DNA of 64,000 nucleotides from Candidatus Latescibacterota bacterium (GCA_965206595.1 OZ242214.1:4352001-4416000); one strand, 5' to 3'; positions 19,218-32,268 are shown, counted from the first letter of the stretch. The notes: a model not told the origin generated them from the letters alone. A program made the numbers and translations.

Positions 19218-19514
19218 TCAGGCCGCGTGTATCCGAACTTGATCCAGTCTGTCGGCCAAGGTTTCCAGGGTCGTTTCAAGATCATACCGGGTTTGGAGAT
19301 TCATCCAGAATTGCGCTTCCATCCCGAAAAAGCGTCCCAGACGCAAAGCCGTATCCGCGGTGATGCCCCGCTTCCCGTGCACGATTTCATTGATGCGACG
19401 TGGCGGCACACAGATTGCCTGAGCCAGGTGATATTGGCTCATCTGCATGGGCTTGAGAAAATCCTCCAAAAGGATTTCACCCGGATGGACAGGTGGAAAG
19501 TCACGCTTTGTCAT
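19218..19514 (-). CDS. higA: HigA/VapI HTH antitoxin (orphan)
   Basis: PVHPGEILLEDFL.PM.MSQY.LA.AI.VPPRRINEIVHGKRGITADTALRLGRFFG....FWMNLQ..YDL. Confidence 0.92.
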   Translation of the reverse strand: MTKRDFPPVHPGEILLEDFLKPMQMSQYHLAQAICVPPRRINEIVHGKRGITADTALRLGRFFGMEAQFWMNLQTRYDLETTLETLADRLDQVRIHAA

Positions 19515-19617
19515 TTCGTCTCTCCTCAGTGGTAATATCGGAGAACTTTCCTGCTGTGTTCGGCTCGCAGTCGGTTCCCCTCGGGGGCAGCGTACTTTCC
19601 GGCACCGCGAACCCGGA

Positions 19618-20385
19618 CTAATCCGCTTTATCCAGCTCGTAAAGCAACCCGTTCTTGACCCAGCCGAACTCCGGGTTGATCTCCAGTGCCCTTTCAAAGG
19701 CCGCGCGCGCCAGCTCCTTTTCGCCCCTGTCCACGTGGGCGATCCCCAGCCAGGCGTAGGCCTGGCTGTGACCCCATTCCGGCCGGATGGGATCGGCCGG
19801 CATTTCCCGGGCAAACAGTTCGGTGGCTCGCCGGAACCCCTGCATCCCCTTCTCCTTGCTCCCGCCCAACACCTGTGGGGTGTTGAAATCGTTCAAGGCC
19901 GCGCACAGTACGACGCGCGGATTGTCGGGGGCGATCTCCCGGGCTTTTTCGAGGGCCTTGCCGATTCTGCGGCCCAGAAAAATCCATTTGACCGGGTTCA
20001 GGGCGATCTGCCGCCCGTACGCGTTCGAGAGCAGGGCATGGGCTTCGGCTGACCTGGGGTCGAGGCGAAGGGTTTCCCGCAGATGCTCGACCGCTGATTT
20101 CAGGTGCAGGGAAGCCTGCTTTCTGTCGTCGGTCCGGCCAAGCAGGTAGTTGACGATGCTGTGATCCGCCAGGGCGATGTAGTAGTGGCCCCAGGCGGAC
20201 AGACCTGTATCGGCAAGGACCCGCTCGAACATCCCCCTGGCGGCGTGCATGGTATCGAGGCTTCCGGCATTCACCCCTGCCTGCAGCACCTGTTTTCCGC
20301 GGACGATCAGGCTGTCGCCCCACTGGGCGGGTACGGGATGGGGGACTGAGAAAAGGACAACCAGTGACAGCTGATAGAATCGCAC
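19618..20385 (-). CDS. Secreted TPR protein
   Basis: Signal peptide; LDPRSAEAHALL, ALEKAREIAPDNPR, ALEINPEF TPR motifs. Confidence 0.75.
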   Translation of the reverse strand: MRFYQLSLVVLFSVPHPVPAQWGDSLIVRGKQVLQAGVNAGSLDTMHAARGMFERVLADTGLSAWGHYYIALADHSIVNYLLGRTDDRKQASLHLKSAVEHLRETLRLDPRSAEAHALLSNAYGRQIALNPVKWIFLGRRIGKALEKAREIAPDNPRVVLCAALNDFNTPQVLGGSKEKGMQGFRRATELFAREMPADPIRPEWGHSQAYAWLGIAHVDRGEKELARAAFERALEINPEFGWVKNGLLYELDKAD

Positions 20386-20636
20386 TTGTGGCCTTGGTTG
20401 AGGTCGATAACTCGAAGCCAGGCTGACACCAGAATAACGGGACCGGCGAAAGAGGGTTCCCGGCCGGCCCCTGATGGTCCGGGTTGAAGTCGCAGCCGGG
20501 ACATTTAGCCGATCGAGCAGGTGGCCAACTGCCGGGGTAACCGTTCGAACAGCCTCCAGGAGGAAATTATTTCACGCTCAGGCGTTACGTTCCTTGCTGT
20601 TCGCGCATCTTACTCAGGGATTCAGCAAAAATCGAC

Positions 20637-22433
20637 GTGTCGACGACGAACGACAGTGATCTGGTCGAGGCCAGCCTCGGCGGAGACGTCCAGGCCTTTG
20701 CCCGCCTGGTGGAGCGCTACCGCTACGCCGTATTCGGCCTCTGTCTGAATTACACGCGGGACTTCGATGCGGCCGAGGATGCAGCTCAGGAGGCCTTCAT
20801 CAAGGCCTTCCTGAAGTTGCGAAACCTCGTTGACGGCGACCGCTTCGCTCCATGGCTCAGGCAGATCGCCGTCAACGAGTGCCGCATGGGGTACCGGCGG
20901 CGAGCGGAGCCGCTGCCCGAGTCCGTCGAGAAGAGCCTGGTATCGCCGGCGGGAACGCCGGAGGACGAGGCGATCGCGGTCGAGGGCCGGCGCACGGTGC
21001 TCAACGCTCTCGGAACGCTCAGCGACGAGCAGCAGCAGTTGATCACCTTGTTCTACCTGGAGGGCCTGTCTCAGAAGGAAATCGCCGCGTTCCTGGACCT
21101 GGCGCCGCAGGCCGTGAACCAGCGGCTGTATCGAGCCCGCAAACACCTGAGAAAGGAGATGCTGAACATGGTCGAGGAAATCCTGGGAGGCCGGAAGCTG
21201 CCCGATGGGTTTACCGATGAGGTGATCCGGACCGCGCTCGAGCGTGGCCGAGAGCTTCTGAAAGAACAGCGGTGGACCGAGGCCAAGGCCCAGTTCCGCA
21301 AGGTGACTTCCACGGTCCGCGAGAATCCGGATGCCCAGCGGGGCCTTGCCCGGGCCCTGGAAGGGGAGGTGCACGCCATGATGCGAGGGGAAGTGGAGGA
21401 TATCGACAACAAGCTCCTGCAGGAGGCGCTGGCAGCGCACGAGGAGGCGTTTCGCCTGGGCGCCCGGGACGAGGAGACGGCGTGGAACCTGGCCGGGTTG
21501 TACAGCCGCCTAAACCGGCGGGGCGATCGAGGGCGCGTGCTCCGGGTGTTCGGGGAGTCGACGGACGACTCCGGGAAGGCATTCCGCGCGCTGGAACAGG
21601 CGTCCAGGAGCTACCGGGGGATCGACGATCGACTGGCGTTCGATCTCCACCGCAAGGCCCTCTCCTTCGACGGTATAGAGCCGAAAGACCGTCTCGGGAT
21701 CTATTTCGCGGCACCGCTGGTGATCTATTTCAACGTGGGCAAGGGCGACTTGTGGCTTGCCGAGACCGAGGCCCTTTCGGCCGAGTTGGGACTGCCACTC
21801 TCAACCAATCACTACATGTACCATCGCGATCGAATGGCGTTGCTCTGCAAAATGGGCCGGCATCGGAAGGCGATTGAGACCGGGCAGGTCTTTCTGCGTC
21901 GATTGGAAAGCGAGGCAGTCGAGGATCCTGTGCAGCGACGCTGGTGGATCGCCCATATCCTGGCGAATTCGATCCAAAGCCGGCACGAATCCGGGGATGA
22001 AGCGGCCGTTCATGCCGAGGTCCAGTCGGCAAGAGGGAACCTGATCGAGTACGAGAAGGAATGGCGGGCGGCCCCCGATGATGCAGCGGAGGCCGAATAT
22101 CGAAAGTTCTACGGATACGCCAACAACAACCTTGCCGGGCGGCTGCGCCAGATTGGACTGTTCGACGAAGCCATCGAGTTCTTGGAAAAGGCACTGACGG
22201 CAGGAGACAGTGGGAATAATTATATGGCCCTGGCGTGCGGCTATATGGGGAAGAACGACAAAGCCGGGGCCCTCGAAGCAATGCGCCGTATGCACCGCTC
22301 GCCGAAATCGGATGCGATGAAGAAGTGGATTTACTTCGGGGGGGCGAAGCGGTGGTTCGACGCCGCCGTGTTCGATCCGGTGCGCGACGATCCGAAGTTT
22401 GCGGCCCTGGTCCAGGACGGGATTTCCAATTAG
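20637..22433 (+). CDS. ECF sigma factor with a long C-terminal TPR extension
   Basis: Sigma2 region (AFARLVERY, AEDAAQEAFIKAF, FAPWLRQIAVN); sigma4 region (FYLEGLSQKEIAAFL..VNQRLYRAR); then ~400 aa helical repeats. Confidence 0.85.
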   Translation: MSTTNDSDLVEASLGGDVQAFARLVERYRYAVFGLCLNYTRDFDAAEDAAQEAFIKAFLKLRNLVDGDRFAPWLRQIAVNECRMGYRRRAEPLPESVEKSLVSPAGTPEDEAIAVEGRRTVLNALGTLSDEQQQLITLFYLEGLSQKEIAAFLDLAPQAVNQRLYRARKHLRKEMLNMVEEILGGRKLPDGFTDEVIRTALERGRELLKEQRWTEAKAQFRKVTSTVRENPDAQRGLARALEGEVHAMMRGEVEDIDNKLLQEALAAHEEAFRLGARDEETAWNLAGLYSRLNRRGDRGRVLRVFGESTDDSGKAFRALEQASRSYRGIDDRLAFDLHRKALSFDGIEPKDRLGIYFAAPLVIYFNVGKGDLWLAETEALSAELGLPLSTNHYMYHRDRMALLCKMGRHRKAIETGQVFLRRLESEAVEDPVQRRWWIAHILANSIQSRHESGDEAAVHAEVQSARGNLIEYEKEWRAAPDDAAEAEYRKFYGYANNNLAGRLRQIGLFDEAIEFLEKALTAGDSGNNYMALACGYMGKNDKAGALEAMRRMHRSPKSDAMKKWIYFGGAKRWFDAAVFDPVRDDPKFAALVQDGISN

Positions 22434-22661
22434 CTCAGAACGCCGGGACTGTCGCGGCCCGGAGGGAGGCCGCGAGCCCAGGCCTCCTGGGGAGCCACCA
22501 GTATTTCCGGTGGGGCCGCAGGTCCGCGGATTCCTGTCGGGGGCACATACCCCGGCGGAGCGATCTCGACCCCGCAGACCGTCGGGGGTGGCACAGGACA
22601 GCGAACCGACATCGGCCGCGCAGGATCTCCAGCGGGCTGCGCCCTGCCCTGTGCCGCGGCG

Positions 22662-25265
22662 CTACCGGTTCGCCTCGGCCAGCAGCGCTGCGATCTCGCG
22701 CCGCGCCTCCAGCAGGTCCTCCGGGCTGCGGCTGTAGTCGGTGAGGGAGCCGAGGCGGTCGTCGATCGCCAGGGCAGCCTCCGCGCGCTTCAGCCATCCC
22801 TCCGGAACCTCGAGCTCGCCGCTGCGGACTTTCGAGGCGGCCTGCTCGAGCAGCCACAGGTACTCGTAGTCCTCCAGCCCGTCCCGCATGTTCTTCATGC
22901 GGATCGAGGGAACCGGCCCGTCCGGGCCAGGGTAGAAGATGATGCCGGCGCCGTTGTACCTGCCGGTGCCGGTGCCGCGGGCGTTGGTGAGCGGCCCGCG
23001 GTTCACGGTCTCCGTCCACTGGTTGAGGCACCAGTAGAGGAAGCCGTCGCTGCCGGCCCGGTAGGGCATGAATCCCATGAGCAGCCGGTGTTCCACCGCG
23101 CCGTCCTCGATGCGGACGTTCGGGTACGGCTCGTCGGGCCCGGCGGTGATGTACCACCAGATCTCGCGGCCGCGCTCGCGCGCCGCGGCCACCGCCGGCG
23201 TCGTCTGGTTGTAGACGTTGATTCCCGGCACCCAGATGTCGACGTAGGGATCGAGGCCGCTGTCGATGCCGTAGGAGTCGTCGTACGCCGTCGTCATCAG
23301 CGGGATGCCCGGGTACAGCCGCTTGATCTCGCCGTGGATGTCCATGATGGAGTCGAAGCGGTTCTCCGACACCTCGTCGAAGGTGAAGATGTAGGCCATG
23401 TCGAGCATGCCCGCTTCCCGGAAGCGCGGCACCCCTTCGGCGAGCGCCTCGAACAGCACCTTGAGGCGTCCGGCCGGGTAGGGCTCCTCGCGCGGAAGGT
23501 TGCCGTAGGCCTGGACGGCGAGCAGCACGAACCTGCGGGCGCCGTGCTCGTGCCAGAGCCGGACCCACTCGGTCGGCGGGGACTTGCGGTAGCGGAAGAT
23601 GTCGTCCGGGAACATCCGGTGGGCGAGGACGAGTTCGACGTTCTTGCGATGGACCTCGGCCACGTGCCGGGCCCGGGGGGTGAGCCCGGATTCGTCGAGC
23701 CGGCCGCCGATGTACTTCAGCATCTTCTCCAGGTCGGCGCGATCGTCGAAGTAGAAGGCGCCGCTCGACTGCGGCCAGTAGGTGAGGGAGAGGGGAAAGT
23801 GGTGCTCCACCGGAACCGCGAAATCCCAAACCTCGACCTCGAACGGCACCTCGAGCGGCGGCAGCGCCTCCCCGGAGCCGCCGCTTCCGGCGGTGACGGC
23901 GATTGTGCCGGAGTACAGGCCCGGCGCCTGGTCCGGGGCGGTGCGCACGTCGAGCCAGACCGGCTGCCAGACGTTGGCGTCGAGCTCGAAGCCGTCGAGA
24001 AAGTCGAGCAGCGGGTCCGGCCACCAGCCCTGGTGCTCGACGTCGTAGGGGGGCGGCAGGGTGTTGACGTAGCCCACTGGCAGCACCTCGACCTGCCCAG
24101 ACTCGATGCGGTTGCCCCCCGGCCCGGCCAGGTCGCTGACGGCAACGCGCACGTCCCGCAGCGGGTAGGTGGCGGGGACCGCGGGGTAGCGCAGGACGAG
24201 CTGCACCCCTTCGCTCTCGTTGGCCGCCAGCTCGACCCGCACGGTGCCGCCGATCTCGCCGTGAAACGGCAGTTCCCGGGAATCGCGGAATACCTTCGTC
24301 ATGCCGTGAGTCCAGCCGTACCCCCAGCCGCTGTCCCCGGCCTGCACCGCGAACCGGTCCTCCTTGGCCCGGACAACAAGCCGCGCCAGCCTGCTTCGGA
24401 CCCCCCGCACCTGTCCCACCCAGCGCCCGGCTGCGGCTTCGTCCCCGTCCGCGGCGATCTGCGTCCACTTCCCGGCGAGCCTGTCGAGCTCCCCTTCGAT
24501 CTCGCGCAGGTTGGCGCGCACGTGGAGGGTCCGCGGCTCCTCCTCGATGCCGGCGATGAGCTCGGCGGCCCGGTCGGCGAGCCGGCGCACGTCCCCCAGA
24601 TCCCCGGTCTCGAGCCGGACGTGGTCGAGGTTGATTTCGATTTTTCGCGGGGGATCGGCGAAGAAGAAGCGCAGCTCGTCGATGGTGGAGACGTGATCGA
24701 CGTCGACCCGCAGGGTCTGCCAGCCCGGCTGCAGGACAACCTGTTCGAGCCCGGGGTGGTCGCCGAAGCGGATCCACAGGTGCACGGGGAGGAGCTCGGC
24801 GGGGTTGAATGTCTCGAAGACCAGGTGCCGGTAAGGGGACCAGTCCCGCACCGGAAGCTTCTCTCCGGTGAGGTGGATCGCCGGCCAGCCGCGGCCCTTC
24901 CAGGTATCGTCCGCGGAGACCCCGCCTTCACTGACGGAAGGGACGACGAGCCGTGCGGAGGCCCGGCCGTGACGGACGCGGTCCGTGTCGAGCTCCCAGC
25001 GCATCGGCGTCGGGGTAGGGGCCAGCTCCCAGCGCGCCAGCTCTTCGGCGTCCTCGAAGTCGGCGAGGATCGCCGAAACGACAGGAGGGGAACCGGAGTC
25101 GGCGGCGTCTCCAAACCCCGGAGAAGCCAAGGCCAGGGCGAGAGCCGCGGCCAATGCAAAGGAGGCCGCGGCCCCCAGCCCCGGGAAGGCCAGGACCAAT
25201 GGGTGAGAGGGGGTCCACACTGAAGCGACAGCCGGGGTCGACCGGCGATGGCTAACTTTTCTCAT
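22662..25265 (-). CDS. Secreted DUF4091 / GH123-like glycoside hydrolase with N-terminal carbohydrate-binding-like module
   Basis: LAANESEGVQLV, WPDPL, QPVWLDV, VEVWDF, FDE, WWY, GFLYW, YPGPDGPVPSIRM..MRDGLEDYEYL. Confidence 0.7.
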   Translation of the reverse strand: MRKVSHRRSTPAVASVWTPSHPLVLAFPGLGAAASFALAAALALALASPGFGDAADSGSPPVVSAILADFEDAEELARWELAPTPTPMRWELDTDRVRHGRASARLVVPSVSEGGVSADDTWKGRGWPAIHLTGEKLPVRDWSPYRHLVFETFNPAELLPVHLWIRFGDHPGLEQVVLQPGWQTLRVDVDHVSTIDELRFFFADPPRKIEINLDHVRLETGDLGDVRRLADRAAELIAGIEEEPRTLHVRANLREIEGELDRLAGKWTQIAADGDEAAAGRWVGQVRGVRSRLARLVVRAKEDRFAVQAGDSGWGYGWTHGMTKVFRDSRELPFHGEIGGTVRVELAANESEGVQLVLRYPAVPATYPLRDVRVAVSDLAGPGGNRIESGQVEVLPVGYVNTLPPPYDVEHQGWWPDPLLDFLDGFELDANVWQPVWLDVRTAPDQAPGLYSGTIAVTAGSGGSGEALPPLEVPFEVEVWDFAVPVEHHFPLSLTYWPQSSGAFYFDDRADLEKMLKYIGGRLDESGLTPRARHVAEVHRKNVELVLAHRMFPDDIFRYRKSPPTEWVRLWHEHGARRFVLLAVQAYGNLPREEPYPAGRLKVLFEALAEGVPRFREAGMLDMAYIFTFDEVSENRFDSIMDIHGEIKRLYPGIPLMTTAYDDSYGIDSGLDPYVDIWVPGINVYNQTTPAVAAARERGREIWWYITAGPDEPYPNVRIEDGAVEHRLLMGFMPYRAGSDGFLYWCLNQWTETVNRGPLTNARGTGTGRYNGAGIIFYPGPDGPVPSIRMKNMRDGLEDYEYLWLLEQAASKVRSGELEVPEGWLKRAEAALAIDDRLGSLTDYSRSPEDLLEARREIAALLAEANR

Positions 25266-26056
25266 GACAGCACCTTCTCCTTCTCGAGGTAACTGCTCCA
25301 AATAAGGTCCAGGCCCCGGGCGGCCCCCAGGGGAACCTTCACGTCTACCAGGTGGGACACGTCGCTCGAACCCGGGTTGATCTCTATGGTGGGCCGGCCC
25401 ATCCGGCTGGCTGCCTCAACCGGCCCCGAGATATAGGGGAAGAGGCTCGAGGTGCCGACGGTGAAGACGCAGTCGAACCCGAGGGCCAGCTCTTCCTTCA
25501 ATAGCTGCACCTTGTCGAGGGGAAGCATTTCCCCGAACAGCACCACGTCGGGCCGCAGCATGGCCTCGCAGCGCGGGCACAGCGGCGGCAGCGTGAGATG
25601 GCGAAAATCCTCGACCGTCTCCCGGAAGGGACAGGCCGTGCACATGAGCTGGTGAAGATCCCCGTGTATGTCGATCACGTTCCTCGAGCCGGCGGCGCGA
25701 TGGAATCCGTCGACGTTCTGGGTCAGGGTCCAGACCCTTTCGAAGCGATTCTCGATTTCGGCCACCACCTCGTGGGCACGGTTGAACCGCGCTCCCCGGC
25801 AGGCGGCCTCGATCTGTCCCAGGTATTTCCAGGTGAGCGCCGGATCCCGCCTCATGGTATTTCCCGACAGCACCTTTTCGATAGGCATCCCGTCCTCGGT
25901 GGAACCGACATCGTAGAGCCCACCCACACCCTGGTAGGTCGGAATCCCGGAGTCCGCGGAGATGCCGGCCCCCGTGACGAAGAGCACGCTTTCACATCCG
26001 TGCAGAATGCTCGCTGCACGCTCGATCTCCTGCGCATGGCGGCCGGGGTCGTTCAT
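25262..26056 (-). CDS. cobB: NAD-dependent deacylase (sirtuin)
   Basis: TGAGISADSGIPT, TQNVDGFH, HGDL, CxxC...CxxC, LRPDVVLFGE, VGTS, EINP. Confidence 0.88.
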   Translation of the reverse strand: MNDPGRHAQEIERAASILHGCESVLFVTGAGISADSGIPTYQGVGGLYDVGSTEDGMPIEKVLSGNTMRRDPALTWKYLGQIEAACRGARFNRAHEVVAEIENRFERVWTLTQNVDGFHRAAGSRNVIDIHGDLHQLMCTACPFRETVEDFRHLTLPPLCPRCEAMLRPDVVLFGEMLPLDKVQLLKEELALGFDCVFTVGTSSLFPYISGPVEAASRMGRPTIEINPGSSDVSHLVDVKVPLGAARGLDLIWSSYLEKEKVLS

Positions 26057-26245
26057 TTCGGGGTTTGCCGTATCTGCGGACAATGGTCCTGCCGGCAAGA
26101 TATGCAAAATCGCACCTCCTTGAAGGGAACCGTTTTTCCTGAGTCGTCGCTGCCGGACGGTCACGGCGGAGCCAAAGCATATTGCCTCACTCTCCAGGTG
26201 GCCACGGTTAAGCATCGGCCGCATCCCCGGCCACCCGGAGCTCGT

Positions 26246-27040
26246 TCAATCTTCCAGCCTGTGCCCGCAGTTGGGGCAGTGCCGCGCGTGCTCGTGCCGG
26301 CTCTGCAGCTCGTCGACGAAGCCGGCCCCGAGGATGCCCGCGGGCAGGGCGAACATGCCGATCCCCAGTACCGCGATACAGGCGGCGATCAACTTCCCCA
26401 TCGCGGTGACCGGATAGTAGTCGCCGTACCCGACCGTGGTCAGGGTGATCACCCCCCACCACATGGTCTGCGGGATGCTGGAGAACTTGTCGGGCTGATC
26501 GTCGTGCTCGGCGAAGTACATGAGCGAGGCGGAGATCACCAGCAGGGTCACCAGCACGAAGAAGATGCTGGCCAGCTCTCCCCGTTTTCCCAGCACCACC
26601 CGCCCGAGCAGCCTCAGGGCGCTCGAATAGCGGAACAGCTTCGCCAGGCGGAAGAAGCGCAGCATGCGGACGATGCGGATGAAGCGCATGTCGATGCCGA
26701 GCAGCGGCAGGTAGAGCGGCAGGATGGCGAGGAGATCGATGAGGGCCAGCGGCGTCACGAAGAAACGGAGCCGGCCAATGATGGGGCGGGGGTACCTCGG
26801 GTCCGCAGTGCAGGACCACATTCGCAGGACGTACTCGATGCTGAAGATGATCAGGGAGATCCGCTCGAACCAATGGAAGGCGGCCGGATTGAGGGAATAG
26901 ACCGGTTCCACCGTTTCCAGGGTCAGGCTCAGGATGTTGAGGAAAATCAACCCGATGATGCCCAGGTCCACTGCCCGGCTGTGGGGGTCTCCGTCCGTCG
27001 ACACGGCCAGGAGATGGTGAACGCGCTCCTTCAGCGGCAT
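26246..27040 (-). CDS. Voltage-gated potassium channel (ion transport protein)
   Basis: TTVGYGD selectivity filter; Arg-rich S4 RFIRIVRMLRFFRLAK; C-terminal CPNCG. Confidence 0.92.
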   Translation of the reverse strand: MPLKERVHHLLAVSTDGDPHSRAVDLGIIGLIFLNILSLTLETVEPVYSLNPAAFHWFERISLIIFSIEYVLRMWSCTADPRYPRPIIGRLRFFVTPLALIDLLAILPLYLPLLGIDMRFIRIVRMLRFFRLAKLFRYSSALRLLGRVVLGKRGELASIFFVLVTLLVISASLMYFAEHDDQPDKFSSIPQTMWWGVITLTTVGYGDYYPVTAMGKLIAACIAVLGIGMFALPAGILGAGFVDELQSRHEHARHCPNCGHRLED

Positions 27041-27132
27041 GGAATACCTCGCGGAAATTGGGATACGTATAGCAGGGATTCAGCGATCAGTCGGCGGTAA
27101 ACCATATCCCCGATCGAACAGGTCATACGTCT

Positions 27133-27187
27133 TCAGGCTACCGCCCATCCTTCGGACAGGACTCGGCCTGTTCCAGCACGGCCTGCG
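27133..27187 (-). repeat. Diverged copy of the hsdR 3' end (partner at 27739-27794)
   Basis: Encodes QAVLEQAE-LSEGWAVA* (1-nt deletion) versus [17 protein letters not shown] in hsdR. Confidence 0.85.
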
Positions 27188-27242
27188 CTCCTGGGATAGC
27201 AGGGCCTCAACAACGTGCCAGGTGAGCGGCAACGGCAATCGT

Positions 27243-27479
27243 TCAGTGATCCGCCTTGGCCTCCGTTACCTCTGCCACCTCCACCACCTCGGCAGTCGCT
27301 TGGGGTTCCGGGACGGTTTCGCCGTCTTCAAGCATACCTTCGATATGGAACTCGATGGCCTCTCTGATTTCATCCAGCAACTCTTCCCGGGTGCTCGCCG
27401 TAGCAACGCAGCCGGGAAGGTCGGGCACATAGGCCGCATAGTTGTTGGGGGACTGTTCAATTACGATGGTGTATTTCAT
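27243..27479 (-). CDS. hicB: HicB antitoxin
   Basis: MKYTIVIEQSPNNYAAYVPDLPGCVAT..TREE....IREAIEFHIEG...GE.VPEP. Confidence 0.9.
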   Translation of the reverse strand: MKYTIVIEQSPNNYAAYVPDLPGCVATASTREELLDEIREAIEFHIEGMLEDGETVPEPQATAEVVEVAEVTEAKADH

Positions 27480-27679
27480 GGGCAGGATAACTCCTTTTGG
27501 CCGGATTGTTTCAATATGCTGTTCCAGGTTCCTGGAGGAAGATCGTCGCCTGGCTTTCCGGGAATGGTTACACGGCCAGGTTTTTCTGGATGTTTGAATT
27601 GGCGGTGGCTTCCCTTGGTACGAACCAGCCGCCATCCGTCCCGCTCTATCAATTCAATTGCTTCTCTAACCTTGGGCAT
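27476..27679 (-). CDS. hicA: HicA mRNA interferase toxin
   Basis: DGWRLVRTKGSHRQFKHPEKPGRVTIPGKPGDDLPPGTWNSILKQ. Confidence 0.92.
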   Translation of the reverse strand: MPKVREAIELIERDGWRLVRTKGSHRQFKHPEKPGRVTIPGKPGDDLPPGTWNSILKQSGQKELSCP

Positions 27680-27738
27680 GATCAACTAAAAAGGCACTGG
27701 GCGGATCCCGAACTGAATCTTTTGGGAGGCAAACCTAC

Positions 27739-30881
<3,143 letters not shown>

Positions 30882-30885
<4 letters not shown>

Positions 30886-31301
30886 GGGGGATCCCAAGGG
30901 TTGACGAGCTCGACATTCAAGCTTTCGAAGTCCTTCACGTTACGAGTGACTATCGCCATGCCGTTGGCCATTGCGGTTCCTGCGATAAGCGCGTCGCCGA
31001 GCTCCAACCTTCCACCACTCCGATGCACGCGCGCCTGGAATGCAGCGGCCCACTCGGCTTCCCGCCTCCCAATCGGGGATATGCGCCCTTCAAAGTCCGC
31101 CAGAAGCAGAGACAGCCATTCCCTCAATCTATCGCGGCGGCCGCCCTCCGGGAGAAGTTGAACACCCAATTCAAGCTCCTCGACGACGATAGCCGGGAGC
31201 CACAGATTTTCCTGTGCGTTCAGATAGTCCATGACACCCGGGTTCGGATTTTCCCTGGTCAATTCCGAAACCACATTGGTGTCCAGGAGATAACCGCTCA
31301 T
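30882..31301 (-). CDS. vapC: PIN-domain (VapC) toxin
   Basis: [30 protein letters not shown]. Confidence 0.92.
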
Positions 31302-31576
31302 TCGTCCGCTTCGTCGATAAACGGGATTTTGCGGCTACTCTTGCGGCTACTCGGGATCTCAAGGTTGGTGCCGCGTGGCGTATTTGCAACGAGCCACTGG
31401 CCCAAGGGTATGGACTCCGGCGCCCGAGCCTGCCATACATGCTCGGGCACTACGATGAAAGGTCGCCGGGCACCGATGCGCTGGGGACCTTGCGTTTCGG
31501 CAAGACGCAGGATTTCGGATAGCCGAGCCTTGGCCTCGGCAACCGTCCAGACGCGGCCGGGATCGGAGGAAAGCAT
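31298..31576 (-). CDS. Phd/YefM antitoxin
   Basis: WTVAEAKARLSEILRLA...GPQRI; ATGA-coupled to vapC. Confidence 0.85.
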   Translation of the reverse strand: MLSSDPGRVWTVAEAKARLSEILRLAETQGPQRIGARRPFIVVPEHVWQARAPESIPLGQWLVANTPRGTNLEIPSSRKSSRKIPFIDEADE

Positions 31577-31604
31577 GGTTGGTCTCCCTTGAGAAAGGTT
31601 GACG

Positions 31605-31621
31605 TAGTCTATAATGGACTA
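31605..31621. promoter_or_regulatory. Putative phd-vapC operator (inverted repeat)
   Basis: TAGTC-TATAATG-GACTA, about 30 bp upstream of the antitoxin start. Confidence 0.45.
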
Positions 31622-31750
31622 TGGCCCGCCGTCAGGCAAGCTGGCAAGGGACACCGGGGCGATGTCCGGTTCGCCGAGGAGCTGCCAACCGCCGCCGGAG
31701 AGCCAAACCAAGGTGGCCTGTTCAACGTCGGATTCGGTGAGGGTGGTCAT
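31619..31750 (-). pseudogene. hsdR 5' stub (43 codons)
   Basis: MTTLTESDVEQATLVWLSGGGWQLLGEPDIAP versus hsd[33 protein letters not shown]; first 18 nt identical. Confidence 0.9.
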
Positions 31751-31759
31751 TGGGGGGTC

Positions 31760-31972
31760 CTATGCCAGCATCAGGCGTTCGCCCTTGGGTTCCGGAATGG
31801 GATCTCCGTATTCCCGAGCCGTTTCAAGCCACAGCTCCACGGCCTGGTTGATATGCTCCAGTGCCGCCTCCTGGGTGCTGCCGTGGGCCGCGCATCCGGG
31901 GAGTTCGGGGGCTTCGGCTACAAAGGCGCTGTCTTCATTGCTCCAGTAGATGATAATCTCGTACTTATGCAT
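31760..31972 (-). CDS. hicB: HicB antitoxin (orphan, no hicA)
   Basis: MHKYEIIIYWSNEDSAFVAEAPELPGCAAHGSTQEAAL...WLETARE.GDPIPEPKG. Confidence 0.88.
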   Translation of the reverse strand: MHKYEIIIYWSNEDSAFVAEAPELPGCAAHGSTQEAALEHINQAVELWLETAREYGDPIPEPKGERLMLA

Positions 31973-31989
31973 CAGCCTCTCTCCAACGG

Positions 31990-32198
31990 TGACTTGAGAC
32001 CGCCAAAGCAAATAGCGTATCGTCGTGGAAAAGCCACTATCAACCGAGACCATCGGCGACGCTGTGGAGAAAGATTCCTTCTGCGATTTCTTCGAGGACA
32101 AGGGAGTCTTCCCAGCCGTATTTCTACAGAAGAACCTTTGGGATACGAATCTCCTTAGAATTGCCGATAGAGATCAGTTTAACATCTCTTGTTGCCAT
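31990..32198 (-). pseudogene. Degenerate copy of the abrB-pemK TA found at 38610-39181
   Basis: MATRDVKLISIGNSKEIRIPKVLL*KYGWEDSLVLEEIAEGIFLHS/VADGLG* with an in-frame stop and internal deletion; followed by toxin start VAFPRRYAICF (cf. AVFPQRYAIYF). Confidence 0.88.
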
Positions 32199-32268
32199 TG
32201 TTTTATCCAGGCCCTTCAGTTAGGGGAAGGCGGCTTGTTTGACGGGGGGAATAGGTTGTGGACGACGC

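Noticed and set aside
19081-19708. Diversity-generating retroelement TR/VR pair
   Set aside because: Differences are not adenine-specific and there is no reverse transcriptase in the window.
20530-20615. ECF autoregulatory promoter (GTTAC...GCATCTT)
   Set aside because: Too short and degenerate to support without homologous promoters.
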